Part shown: one piece after another, positions 44,308 to 53,973 of the stretch | How positions within the stretch are numbered: the first letter of the stretch is position 1 | How the letters are laid out: each line of letters begins with the position of its first letter | DNA from: Candidatus Omnitrophota bacterium | GTDB lineage: Bacteria; Omnitrophota; Gorgyraeia; JACQQV01 | Reading direction: 5' to 3' | Assembly: GCA_016206785.1 (NCBI GenBank) | Contig: JACQQV010000021.1 | Span: forward strand, 1-61,508 | DNA length: 61,508 nt | Program-made: the position numbers and the translations under genes | The notes under the pieces: model-generated | Seen by the model: the letters and a program-made list of their open reading frames with translations, nothing else | Told to the model about the DNA's origin: nothing | Databases searched by the model: none

Positions 44308-46448
44308 TCCATCTCCCCGGAACGGCGGTCCCCGATGAGGCGCCGGGAAATGCTGGCTCGATTTCCAAGTTCTATCGGCGCGCCTGGGAAGGCCTTGAGG
44401 CGAAGCGCGACGTACACCGTCACCTCCGCCTTGGACCGCTCCAGATCCTCCGTATCCCGAATATTAACCCCTAAAGAGCCTTCCCAGCAATGGAGGTCCC
44501 GGCTGAGCACCACCTCTTCCTCCTCAAATTGTTTGTCATAGACCTCAAAGCGATCATAGAGTTCGATTTTCCAGAGAGGGCTCATCCGCCATGAGAGTTT
44601 GGTAGTCAGTTGATTCGAGAAATCCTCTTCGAAGCGCTGGAGAAAATCAAGACGCCACCGGTCCCCTTGAAATGCGAAAAGATCGAGGTTGACCCGCGCT
44701 ACATTCCTCTTCTCAATGTCATAGGTCGATTCCAAGATCGCCCCCCAGAAAGAACTCGGGCGAAGTTCGAGGTCGCCCACAATATCCCGAAACTGACCTT
44801 CCCCGCTCGACCTGAAATCAAGGTTAGATTTCAACACAAAATCAAGGAAATCGACAACCTCGCCCTCTCTTTCTCCGACGGTGCGCCGCGTCTGGAATTT
44901 GTTGTCGAGGGAGAAGGTAAGGCGGTTTTTCTCCGTGAGGAGATCGATTTCATCGAAGGGTGGAAGGCGGCTTGGTAAAAGGGTCGGCTCCGGGGTGTAA
45001 CGGTATTCGAGACCCGGTTCAAGGATGTGACGGAAGCCGTTCAATTCCAGTCCCCAAAAACTGGTCTGAACATCGTAGAAGCGACGCATCCGCGTCGAAA
45101 CGTCAACTCCCACCGTCGCAAGACCCCTCACCACCTCCTCCTCGCCGGTTAAGTCCTGTCCGTAATAGGTCTGGTGCGTGCTTGCTAAGGGAACGACTTC
45201 AATTCCTGAGAAATTTTTTGCATAGGAAAGTTCATTGAAAAAATCGACCCGGCCCGAAGTCGTGTGGCTGTCGCTATCGGCGATCGCCCGGGTGAGGCTC
45301 CCGGCATTCAGTTCTCCTTGATAATAGAGCCCTGTCTCCCAAAGGGGCAGCCGTTGGGAAGTCACCTGGAGTTCTGGAAGTCGTTCGGTCTCTGAAAAAA
45401 AATGATTTGCCCGTTTCTCGACGGTAAAAGCGGTTGTTACAAAAGAGGAATCATGGATGACCGTTGCCCTCGTCTCCGGTCGGAAGTCTTCCGAGAATTC
45501 TCCGTTAAAATAATCACGGGTGATAAACCGGTCGCCCCATTTTTGGTACTCTCCCAGAAAAAGTGTCGAAGGGGTCATCTCCCATCGGTGAAGCCAGCGG
45601 GCCCTGTAGCGGTCTTTGTCTTCCCTCAGACCGATGGGAGATTGTCTTTTTCGATCATTGAGGGTGTAAGTTTTGATTTCTCCCTTTCCTACTTTTGTAT
45701 CGTATTCCGTGTCGAGACCGATTCCAAAACCTCGCCGCGACCTTTCATCCAGATGGACATTACTGGAAATCCCCTCTGAGAGAGGGAGAGCCCATGTGGA
45801 AAGGATGTAGCCGCCCCACCGGTTGCTATAACCGGGGATGACGCCGGCCCCTGCGCGCTGTGTCACCCCCTCTTTGATGGAGCGGGTGTAGACCGGTGAA
45901 TAAAAAATCGGAACCCCTCCGGTCTGAAAGGTGACATTTCTCGCGACGATTCGGTTTCCAGAATGAATCTCAATCCGTTTCGTGCGAATCGAATAGTGGG
46001 GAGGAAAAAGATCGCAGGTTGTGAGGTATCCTCCCTCGACGAGAAATTTGTCCTCTCCCTGGCGTTCCACCTTCTCCCCTCCAAAATACCAGGGAAGGAC
46101 TTTTCCCCGGGCATCCGTCAAAATCCCCTCCTTTGTATCGAAATTATAGCGGAGGTGTTTTCCGCGAAATTCATCCAGTCCCCGCGTAAGCACCACTTCC
46201 CCCTCAGCCTCTGCATCCTTGGTGTCGAGATAAACGGTAATCGCGTCCGCGGTTAAAATGGAACCTTGGTAATCGATCGAGATGTGCCCCTTTCCCACGA
46301 CCTTCTTCTCGTCTGGAAAATATTCGACCTCATCTCCATTCACGACGATCGGTTCGGCGGAAGTCTCGTTGGAAAGAGCCGCTCCTACAGGGCCCGCCAT
46401 AATAAAAAAAAGAAGTGTGGCCAAGACGCCCCAACGATGAATGTTCAC
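44304..46448 (-). CDS. lptD: LPS-assembly outer membrane protein LptD (OstA family)
   Basis: Signal peptide, then an OstA-like N-domain (VVNGDEVEYFPDEKKVVGKGHISIDYQGSILTADAITVYLDTKDAEAEGEVVL), then a large beta-barrel region. 714 aa, GTG start. Confidence 0.8.
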   Translation of the reverse strand: MNIHRWGVLATLLFFIMAGPVGAALSNETSAEPIVVNGDEVEYFPDEKKVVGKGHISIDYQGSILTADAITVYLDTKDAEAEGEVVLTRGLDEFRGKHLRYNFDTKEGILTDARGKVLPWYFGGEKVERQGEDKFLVEGGYLTTCDLFPPHYSIRTKRIEIHSGNRIVARNVTFQTGGVPIFYSPVYTRSIKEGVTQRAGAGVIPGYSNRWGGYILSTWALPLSEGISSNVHLDERSRRGFGIGLDTEYDTKVGKGEIKTYTLNDRKRQSPIGLREDKDRYRARWLHRWEMTPSTLFLGEYQKWGDRFITRDYFNGEFSEDFRPETRATVIHDSSFVTTAFTVEKRANHFFSETERLPELQVTSQRLPLWETGLYYQGELNAGSLTRAIADSDSHTTSGRVDFFNELSYAKNFSGIEVVPLASTHQTYYGQDLTGEEEVVRGLATVGVDVSTRMRRFYDVQTSFWGLELNGFRHILEPGLEYRYTPEPTLLPSRLPPFDEIDLLTEKNRLTFSLDNKFQTRRTVGEREGEVVDFLDFVLKSNLDFRSSGEGQFRDIVGDLELRPSSFWGAILESTYDIEKRNVARVNLDLFAFQGDRWRLDFLQRFEEDFSNQLTTKLSWRMSPLWKIELYDRFEVYDKQFEEEEVVLSRDLHCWEGSLGVNIRDTEDLERSKAEVTVYVALRLKAFPGAPIELGNRASISRRLIGDRRSGEME

Positions 46449-46457
46449 AAACGTCTC

Positions 46458-47105
46458 TTATTTTTTCTTCAGCTTTTCCCAATCACTTAAGAACCGGGCC
46501 AGTCCGATATCGGTGAGAGGGTGGTTAAAGAGCTTGTTGAAGACTTCGAAGGGCATCGTTGCAATATCCGCACCGATCTTGGCGGCTTCCAACACATGAA
46601 GGGGGTGACGAATGCTGGCGACGAGAATCTCCGTCTTAAACCCGTAATTTGAATAGATCGTTTTAATGTCCCGCACAATATCCATGCCCACTTCACTCAC
46701 ATCGTCGAGCCGGCCGATAAAGGGGCTGATGTAGGAGGCCCCCGCCTTGGCAGCGAGAAGGGCCTGCGTCGGAGAAAAACAGAGTGTCACATTCACCCGG
46801 ATTCCCTCGCCTCTTAAGATCTTCACCGCCTTAAGCCCTTCTTTAATGAGAGGGATTTTGACCACAATGTTTTTATGAATTTTGGAGAGGGTCCTTCCTT
46901 CTGAGACCATACCGTTGCCATCGACCGAAAGTACTTCTGCATTGACCGGTCCATTCACGAAAGAACAGAGCTCCCGAAGGACCTCATGGAAATCGTGTCC
47001 CTCTTTGCTGACGAGCGACGGATTCGTCGTGACCCCATCCAAAAGGCCCAATTCATGGGCTTCCCGAATTTCCTTCACATTGGCTGTATCCAGAAAAATC
47101 TTCAT
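46458..47105 (-). CDS. tal: Transaldolase / fructose-6-phosphate aldolase (type 3B, about 215 aa)
   Basis: [31 protein letters not shown]...VKIP...SPFIGRLDD. Confidence 0.9.
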   Translation of the reverse strand: MKIFLDTANVKEIREAHELGLLDGVTTNPSLVSKEGHDFHEVLRELCSFVNGPVNAEVLSVDGNGMVSEGRTLSKIHKNIVVKIPLIKEGLKAVKILRGEGIRVNVTLCFSPTQALLAAKAGASYISPFIGRLDDVSEVGMDIVRDIKTIYSNYGFKTEILVASIRHPLHVLEAAKIGADIATMPFEVFNKLFNHPLTDIGLARFLSDWEKLKKK

Positions 47106-48070
47106 GGAAGAGACCTCCTCACCAAGACAGATGCACCGATCACCCCCGCATCATTTCCCAATTTTGCCGGCACCACTTCAAAATTTTTCAAAGGCCATGC
47201 CAGGGCATGGGTGCGAAGACTTTCCCGAACAGGACGAAAAAGGACGCTCCCCGCCTCCGAGACACCTCCGCCAATGACAATGCGATCTGGATTATACACA
47301 TTCACGACCCCGGCGAGGGCTATCCCAATCCACTCCCCCACTTCCTTCCAGATAGAAAGGGAAAGACGATCCCCCCTCTTCGCAGCCCGACTTAACACCT
47401 CGGGTGTCAGACGACTCACTTTTCCGTCGACGAGGTCTAATGCGATGGTGCACTCACCGGCGCGGATCCTCTGTCTCGCCCGCTCAACAATCGCACGATT
47501 GCCGACATACGTTTCAAAACACCCCCGATGGCCGCAGGCGCAAAGTGGCCCCCCCCGACTCACCGGCACATGCCCTATTTCCCCTGCCGAAAGGGATGAG
47601 CCGCGGTACAGTTCACCATTGAGAATAAGACCTCCCCCCACTCCTGTTCCCAGGGTCATGCAGACCACCTGTGAAAACCCTCGGGCCGCCCCGTAGGTCG
47701 CTTCCCCCAGCGTCATGAGATTCACGTCGTTGTCGATAAAGACGGGAAGTTTCAATCTCCGTCGCAGCATCGACGCCAACGGAAGATTCCTAAAGCCGCG
47801 GACATTGATAAAACGGTGAACAAATCCTCTCTTAAAATCAATAAGCCCCGGGAGCCCCATCCCGACCCCCAGGAGAGATTTCTTGGAAGGGGTGTGGGTG
47901 TTTAGAAAATTTTCAATGGTTTGGACAAGGACACCGAACAGCTTTTTTCGCGGCCAGGATCTTCGAACCGCTACGGCGGCGCGATGAAGGATGCGGCCTT
48001 TTGAATCTACCAGAGCGATTTTGATGCGAGTTCCACCAAAATCAACGCCCAGAGAGATTTCTTTTCTCAT
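47102..48070 (-). CDS. ROK-family sugar kinase (glucokinase-like)
   Basis: [22 protein letters not shown], and the zinc motif [12 protein letters not shown]. Confidence 0.85.
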   Translation of the reverse strand: MRKEISLGVDFGGTRIKIALVDSKGRILHRAAVAVRRSWPRKKLFGVLVQTIENFLNTHTPSKKSLLGVGMGLPGLIDFKRGFVHRFINVRGFRNLPLASMLRRRLKLPVFIDNDVNLMTLGEATYGAARGFSQVVCMTLGTGVGGGLILNGELYRGSSLSAGEIGHVPVSRGGPLCACGHRGCFETYVGNRAIVERARQRIRAGECTIALDLVDGKVSRLTPEVLSRAAKRGDRLSLSIWKEVGEWIGIALAGVVNVYNPDRIVIGGGVSEAGSVLFRPVRESLRTHALAWPLKNFEVVPAKLGNDAGVIGASVLVRRSLP

Positions 48071-48097
48071 TGACTTTTTATAATATCAAGAAGTGCG

Positions 48098-49276
48098 TTA
48101 GACCTCAACATCTGATTTCCCCCCTTGAGGATCCGATACGGAAGCCGTAGAGACTACCTTGTTCCGCCCCGATTGCTTCGCCTCATAAAGCGCTGTATCG
48201 GCCGCCTCGATAAGGCCCATCGGTTCTTTCCCGTCCTCAGGATAGGCCCCTACGCCGATGGAGAGGGTCAGTCGGATGGTCTCATCATAGGCCTCAAACA
48301 TTTTACCCTCGACCGCTTTCCGGATACGCTCGGCCACCTGCAAGGCTTCTGCAAGACGGGTATCTGGCAGGGCAATGGAGAATTCTTCACCCCCGTACCG
48401 GCCGACGAGATCAATTTCCCGCACATTCGCTTTCAAAAGGGTGGCGACTTCCCTCAAGAGGACATCTCCCACCAGGTGTCCATAGTGATCATTTCTTTGC
48501 TTAAAGTGATCGATATCCGCCATGAGAAACGAGAGGTGGAGGGTATACCGCTTGGAGCGCTCAAGTTCTTCACGAAAACGTTCCAAAAAGTAACGTCGGA
48601 CATAGAGGCGGGTCAGACCGTCGGTGATGGAGAGTTCTTGAAGTTTTTCGTATAACTTGACTTTCTGGATGGCCAAGGCAAATTGACGGGAGAGGATCGT
48701 GAACTTTTCCAAATCTTCCGGTTGCAACTTCTCGCAAGCGAGGATGGAGATGAGCTGATCCTTCACCCACAACGGAACGGCGACAAAAGGAAAAGAATTG
48801 CCCTGAAAGGCCCCTCCTTTTTTCTCCGACCTTTCGAGGATTTCCTCCAAATAGGGGATTTCTTTTGGATCGACTCTCACCGGCGTTCCGTCTCGAGAGA
48901 CGGAATAAATCTCATCGATCCGTTGAGGTCCTTGTGAGCGGGTCTCTTCCTGAGGGAGGAAAAGGTACCCTTTCTCAAAAGAAAAATTGGAATGGAACAC
49001 CTGACGGAGAATCATAAAGACTTCCTGGAATTTGAGACTTGCCGACGCCTCCTTCGTCGACTCGTATAATTCGATGAGTTCCGCCACCCGGCGCCCCAAC
49101 AGCGTATTTTCTTCCTTCTTCTGGGTGAGCTCTTCTCTCTTCTTTCGAACGGAACCCTCTTTCGCTTCTAACTCTCCCCTCAGATGTGAAAGCATCTGAA
49201 CGGCCCTTCTTCGAAAAGAAAATGCCAGCAAAAAGGCGAGTGCCCCTTCAAGCCCAAAAAGGGTTACGACCCACAT
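48098..49276 (-). CDS. Diguanylate cyclase (TM, coiled coil, GAF-like, GGDEF) with an intact RxxD I-site
   Basis: REIDLVGRYGGEEFSIALPD and DHFKQRNDHYGH. One N-terminal TM helix and a GAF-like middle domain. Confidence 0.85.
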   Translation of the reverse strand: MWVVTLFGLEGALAFLLAFSFRRRAVQMLSHLRGELEAKEGSVRKKREELTQKKEENTLLGRRVAELIELYESTKEASASLKFQEVFMILRQVFHSNFSFEKGYLFLPQEETRSQGPQRIDEIYSVSRDGTPVRVDPKEIPYLEEILERSEKKGGAFQGNSFPFVAVPLWVKDQLISILACEKLQPEDLEKFTILSRQFALAIQKVKLYEKLQELSITDGLTRLYVRRYFLERFREELERSKRYTLHLSFLMADIDHFKQRNDHYGHLVGDVLLREVATLLKANVREIDLVGRYGGEEFSIALPDTRLAEALQVAERIRKAVEGKMFEAYDETIRLTLSIGVGAYPEDGKEPMGLIEAADTALYEAKQSGRNKVVSTASVSDPQGGKSDVEV

Positions 49277-50685
49277 ACGCGATTTCTCCCTTCCCGCTTG
49301 GCCTGGTAGAGAAAACTGTCTACGCGCTTCAAAAGTTCATCTTTGACAAGCCCATCTGCTGGAAAGCTCGCTACGCCGATGGAAATGGTCACATGCGTAG
49401 TCTCCCGGCGCAACGTAAATGCTTCCTTCTCGACGCAGAAGCGCAACTCTTCTGCAAGGGAGAGGGCTTCCCCCTTCGCCCGATTCGGAAGGATAATCGA
49501 AAACTCTTCGCCGCCGTACCGACAGACAAGGTCGCCCGCCTTTGATTTTTCTTTAAGAAGATGGGCCACCTGTTTGAGCACAAGGTCTCCCGCGATATGG
49601 CCATATCGGTCATTGTAAGTCTTGAAATGGTCAATATCGATCATGAGGAGTGAAAGGGGGGCCCGGTTTCTTTGGGAGCGGGAAAATTCTTCTTGAAGCC
49701 TTTCCTGAAAATAGCGATGGACATAGAGACCGGTCAGTTCATCCACACGGGCTAATTCTTCTGTCCGTTGGGCAAGATGCGCATTTTCGAGACTTGCAGC
49801 AACCAAATCTCCAATGATCGAGAGAAGACGAAGATCATCCGAGGTGTAGATATCTTTCTCCAGCGATTCTACCCTCAGGAGTCCTGTAATCCGTTGACCC
49901 GTCGTGAGCGGGGTGATCATCAAAGACGCCACCTCCCGCTTTTCCAGTTGATCGAGGTTAAAACGAAAATCTTCGCGGCTATTCCGAACCAAAAGGGGCC
50001 GCCGGTTTTTGAGCACCCATTGATCAAAAAGGTCCCCTTTTTTTAATTTGGGGCCTGAAAAATCTTTCGCGAGAAAAGAACTGGCGAGCAAAAGTTCTTC
50101 GCCCCCTTCCTCCAAGACGAGAAGAAACGATCCCGCCGACTTCCCAATCACCTCATACGCCTGCTGTGCCGCGCATTGGGTGACCTCTTTAACAACAAGA
50201 CTCGAACTCAAAAGATGGGTCACTTGGCTCAAAGAAGCATATCGTTCCAGTTTTCTTTTGAGGGCAGGATATTGGAGGGTTTCTTCTTGGGCCTGTGCGT
50301 TCAGAAGATTTCCTTCTCGCTCCAGCCGTTCAAGGGATATCTCGCTCTCCTTGGACTTCTCCCGAAGGGCCCTCACCGCAACATGGGAAAGGGATGTGAC
50401 TCCGATGAGAAGCGGGGCAGGCCATAACAGAAGCAGGGAGAGATGCTTGAGGGAAAAAAACGAGAGGGTCAAAACCGAAAAAACGGTCACCCCCCAACCC
50501 AAAACGACCTCTCCAGCCAACATGGCCAGAAGGGATGGAAAACAGAAAAAAAAGGAGATCGCGAGAAAGAGTGGGCGGGAGGACTCCGGCAAGGGGCCTT
50601 TCGCCGGGGAAAAAAGTTGTAGGGCACACAACGTCAGAAACCATCCCGTCGCGAAAAGGAAAAGAGTTCCTGTGCGGTTTTTCAT
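49264..50685 (-). CDS. Diguanylate cyclase (multi-TM, GAF, GGDEF) with a KxxD in place of the I-site RxxD
   Basis: KAGDLVCRYGGEEFSIILPN and DHFKTYNDRYGH. About 5 N-terminal TM helices. ATG at 50685; the ORF opens at TTG 50697. Confidence 0.85.
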   Translation of the reverse strand: MKNRTGTLFLFATGWFLTLCALQLFSPAKGPLPESSRPLFLAISFFFCFPSLLAMLAGEVVLGWGVTVFSVLTLSFFSLKHLSLLLLWPAPLLIGVTSLSHVAVRALREKSKESEISLERLEREGNLLNAQAQEETLQYPALKRKLERYASLSQVTHLLSSSLVVKEVTQCAAQQAYEVIGKSAGSFLLVLEEGGEELLLASSFLAKDFSGPKLKKGDLFDQWVLKNRRPLLVRNSREDFRFNLDQLEKREVASLMITPLTTGQRITGLLRVESLEKDIYTSDDLRLLSIIGDLVAASLENAHLAQRTEELARVDELTGLYVHRYFQERLQEEFSRSQRNRAPLSLLMIDIDHFKTYNDRYGHIAGDLVLKQVAHLLKEKSKAGDLVCRYGGEEFSIILPNRAKGEALSLAEELRFCVEKEAFTLRRETTHVTISIGVASFPADGLVKDELLKRVDSFLYQAKREGRNRVCGS

Positions 50686-50693
50686 GAAAAACC

Positions 50694-51797
50694 TCAAACG
50701 ATCGTCGCCTCGGTCTCTTTGTCGAAGAAATGGATCTTGCTCGTGTCCAAAACCAGCTCGAGGTCTTGGTTGATTTCGGGTCGATCACGACCCCCCATTC
50801 GGGCGATCAACGCATGATGAGGCGTGGTCAGATGCAGGAAGAACTCGGAGCCCATCGGCTCGATCATCTCGACAGAAGCCTTCATCGTATTTTCAGGAGA
50901 AGCCTCTGAGATAAGAAGTTTGTCATAAAGATCCTCCGGCCGAACCCCCATCGTGACCTGTCTCCCTTCGTAAGGGGCGATGGCTTGGGTCATCTCTGCG
51001 AGGATTCGGGTCTGAAAACTCTCCCCATGAAAATAAAATTTTCCGTCTCGGCGGAAAATGGACCCTTCAATAAAGTTCATGGGAGGGCTTCCAATAAATC
51101 CTGCCACAAATTTGTTCACAGGATGGTCATAGAGGGTCTTTGGATCGGCGATCTGTTGAATGACTCCTTCTTTAATTAAAACGATGCGGTTCCCCATCGT
51201 CATCGCTTCTGTCTGATCATGGGTGACGTAAATCATCGTGGTCTGCAAACGGAGATGGAGCCGGTTCAGTTCCGCCCTCATCCGCACCCGCAGCTTCGCA
51301 TCGAGGTTTGAGAGCGGTTCATCAAACAGGAAAACCTCGGGCTTGCGAACAATGGCTCGGCCGACAGCAACCCGTTGGCGCTCGCCTCCAGAAAGTTCGC
51401 GAGGATTGCGACGAAGAAGAGAGGTGATGCCCAAAATCTCCGCGGCCTCTTTGACACGTGTTTTGATTTCAGACCCAGGATAACGTCGGAGTTTCAACCC
51501 GAAGGCCATATTGTCGTAGACAGACATATGGGGATAGAGGGCGTAATTCTGAAAAACCATTGCAATATTTCTGTCGCGGGGAGGCGTGTCGTTCACTTTT
51601 TTCCCGCCGATGGTGATCTCGCCCTCCGTGGCTGTTTCGAGGCCGGCGATCAGTCTCAAAAGCGTCGACTTTCCACACCCGGAGGGTCCGACTAAGACAA
51701 GGAACTCCCGATGATTTGCCGAGAAGGTTGCGCGATCGACGGCCCGGATATTCCCGGGATAGACCTTCGAAACTTTCACGAGCGAAACCTGAGCCAT
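50694..51797 (-). CDS. ABC transporter ATP-binding protein, MalK/UgpC/MsmK type (sugar importer ATPase)
   Basis: GPSGCGKSTLLRLIAGLE, LSGGERQRVAVGRAI, LFDEPLSNLDA, and a C-terminal regulatory TOBE-like domain. Confidence 0.9.
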   Translation of the reverse strand: MAQVSLVKVSKVYPGNIRAVDRATFSANHREFLVLVGPSGCGKSTLLRLIAGLETATEGEITIGGKKVNDTPPRDRNIAMVFQNYALYPHMSVYDNMAFGLKLRRYPGSEIKTRVKEAAEILGITSLLRRNPRELSGGERQRVAVGRAIVRKPEVFLFDEPLSNLDAKLRVRMRAELNRLHLRLQTTMIYVTHDQTEAMTMGNRIVLIKEGVIQQIADPKTLYDHPVNKFVAGFIGSPPMNFIEGSIFRRDGKFYFHGESFQTRILAEMTQAIAPYEGRQVTMGVRPEDLYDKLLISEASPENTMKASVEMIEPMGSEFFLHLTTPHHALIARMGGRDRPEINQDLELVLDTSKIHFFDKETEATIV

Positions 51798-51807
51798 CCA
51801 ACACCTC

Positions 51808-51835
51808 AGAGTCTTTAGTCTTCGGTCTTTGGTCT
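51808..51835 (-). repeat. Four tandem heptanucleotides (sense strand AGACCAA AGACCGA AGACTAA AGACTCT) spanning the accD stop codon
   Basis: Read directly from the sequence. The same TCAGAGTCT-initiated array recurs with three units at 54986..55006. Confidence 0.8.
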
Positions 51836-52684
51836 ATTCGTAGAGAGGTATTCTAACAACTTCGCAATCGTGCCTTTTAACGCCTTTCGATGAATGACCA
51901 TATCGACCAGCCCATGTTCCAGCAGAAATTCCGACCGCTGGAAACCATGAGGAAGCCGTTGGTGAATCGTCTGTTCAATGACCCGAGGTCCTGTGAAACC
52001 GATGAGGGCTTTCGGTTCCGCCAGGATCACATCCCCCAACGAGGCAAAACTCGCCATCACCCCCGCCATGGTGGGATTGGTGAGAATGGAAATAAAAGGG
52101 GGTCCTGCTTTATGGAGTCTTGCGAGCGCCGCCGAGGTCTTGGCCATCTGCATGAGAGAAAGCATCCCCTCCTGCATGCGGGCGCCTCCACCCGACCCAG
52201 AAACAATGATTAAGGGGAGGTGTTCCTCCGTTGCTGTTTCGATGGAACGGGTAATCTTTTCACCGACGACACTTCCCATGGATCCCATCATAAACCGGGA
52301 GTCTGTGACTCCGAAAATCACCTTCTTTCCCTCGATCGTCGCTCGACCGCAGAGGGCCGCCTCTGAAAGCGTGGTTAAGGCCTGGTCTTCTTTGACCTTC
52401 TCAGGATAACTCCCTTTCGGCCCTTTAAATTGCAAAGGATCCAGGGACCTTAAGTCCCGATCAAATTCTTCGAAACTGGAACTGTCGATGAGAAGGGTGA
52501 TGCGCTGAGGCGCCGACAGCACAAAATGATACTGACATTTCGGGCAGACCCTAAGATTCTCCTCTAACACTTTATTGTAGATAATTTCTCCACAATCTTC
52601 GCATTTCGTCCAGAGCCCCTCCGGCATCGTTTTCTTGCGAGAGACTTTCACGACGGTATACTTGGGCTTTCCGAAAATTGGCAT
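51815..52684 (-). CDS. accD: Acetyl-CoA carboxylase carboxyltransferase beta subunit
   Basis: Zinc ribbon CEDCGEIIYNKVLEENLRVCPKCQYHF, then the carboxyltransferase domain. Confidence 0.9.
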   Translation of the reverse strand: MPIFGKPKYTVVKVSRKKTMPEGLWTKCEDCGEIIYNKVLEENLRVCPKCQYHFVLSAPQRITLLIDSSSFEEFDRDLRSLDPLQFKGPKGSYPEKVKEDQALTTLSEAALCGRATIEGKKVIFGVTDSRFMMGSMGSVVGEKITRSIETATEEHLPLIIVSGSGGGARMQEGMLSLMQMAKTSAALARLHKAGPPFISILTNPTMAGVMASFASLGDVILAEPKALIGFTGPRVIEQTIHQRLPHGFQRSEFLLEHGLVDMVIHRKALKGTIAKLLEYLSTNRPKTED

Positions 52685-52686
52685 CG

Positions 52687-53973
52687 TTACCTCATTGTTG
52701 CCTTTTTCGTTTTTACTTTTGAATTATTGAACCGATACATCACCAGCCCCGTGAGGGGTTTCGGATAAAAGTAAGTCGATTTTTGAGGCATCTTCTCCCC
52801 CGAAAGGGCGATCCGTTGCACCTGTTCAATGCGTGGGGCCCGAAGTAAAAACGCGACTTGATACTCTCCCCGATCAACAAGATCTAAGCATCGAGGAAGA
52901 TCGCGGAGAAAACAGACATCCTGACAGATTTTCTTCTCGGTAAGACCCAATCCTTTTTTAAGAAGAATTTCGTGGAGAACCGTCACATCGAGTCTGCGCC
53001 AGGTTTCGGAACGCCGAATCGTATCATCCAATTCTGAAAGAACCTTTCGCCCTTTAAGGGACATAAGATAAACAGGGCCTCCCTTGGCAACCATCCCAAA
53101 GACATACCCCTGCCGGTTCTTCTCCATCGCTTCCAGAAGCGCGGACACCGTCCGGAACGGTTTAAACGCAAAAAGGGACGAAAGAGTTTTCCGAAGTTTG
53201 TTCCTATTTCCATCAAGGCCTTTGACAAGGCGATGGATCGGGAGAATCGTGAGATGTTCGTCCAAAAGATTCGAAAAATAAGCCATGACAAACTGGTGGG
53301 CATAAGCGCGGGCCACTTCGTAACGATGGTGCCCATCCGCGATGAAAAGAGGGCGATGACGAATCGTCCGGCGCAATTTCTCGATCAAAGAGGGGTCCGT
53401 CAAACGCCAGAGGGTATGCCATTCCTCATCGTGGGAAACTGCCCCGATGGGGCGGGTCCGTCTTATCCAGCGCTTCATCATCCCATCCACTTCTTTCCGA
53501 CGATCCGAAAATAAGAAAAAGAGGGGGCTGGTGTTTGCTTTCAGGGCCTTCATGAGTTGAAGTCGATCTTCTTTGGGGGGGTCAAACGTTTCTTCATGGG
53601 GGAAAATTGGATATTTCCTTGAACCTGTGAGTTCTAAAAGAGCGATAAATCCTAGACGGCGAACCCACCTCTTCCCTTTTTTAAATTTCTGCTCATAGAT
53701 ATAGATAGAGGGTTCAACGTCTTGAATAAGCACGCCGCGGGAGAGCCACTTCTCGAAAAAAGTCCGGGCGCGGGTGTAACAATTGCGCATCCCGTCATCC
53801 CGCGAAAACCTTTTTCCCAATTCGAGGCGAATGACATTGTACGGCGAGGCATGATAGTAACTGGACTGATCTTCCTTCGTGATGATGTCGTAAGGAGGGC
53901 TGATCACTTTAGAAAGGTTTTGGATCCGTTTTGGATTATACCGAATTCCTCGGAAAGGAAGGATATCACCCAT
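52687..53973 (-). CDS. DUF1015 family protein
   Basis: The N-terminus GDILPFRGIRYNP...ISPPYDIITKED is the family-typical start as I recall it. 428 aa. Confidence 0.75.
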   Translation of the reverse strand: MGDILPFRGIRYNPKRIQNLSKVISPPYDIITKEDQSSYYHASPYNVIRLELGKRFSRDDGMRNCYTRARTFFEKWLSRGVLIQDVEPSIYIYEQKFKKGKRWVRRLGFIALLELTGSRKYPIFPHEETFDPPKEDRLQLMKALKANTSPLFFLFSDRRKEVDGMMKRWIRRTRPIGAVSHDEEWHTLWRLTDPSLIEKLRRTIRHRPLFIADGHHRYEVARAYAHQFVMAYFSNLLDEHLTILPIHRLVKGLDGNRNKLRKTLSSLFAFKPFRTVSALLEAMEKNRQGYVFGMVAKGGPVYLMSLKGRKVLSELDDTIRRSETWRRLDVTVLHEILLKKGLGLTEKKICQDVCFLRDLPRCLDLVDRGEYQVAFLLRAPRIEQVQRIALSGEKMPQKSTYFYPKPLTGLVMYRFNNSKVKTKKATMR

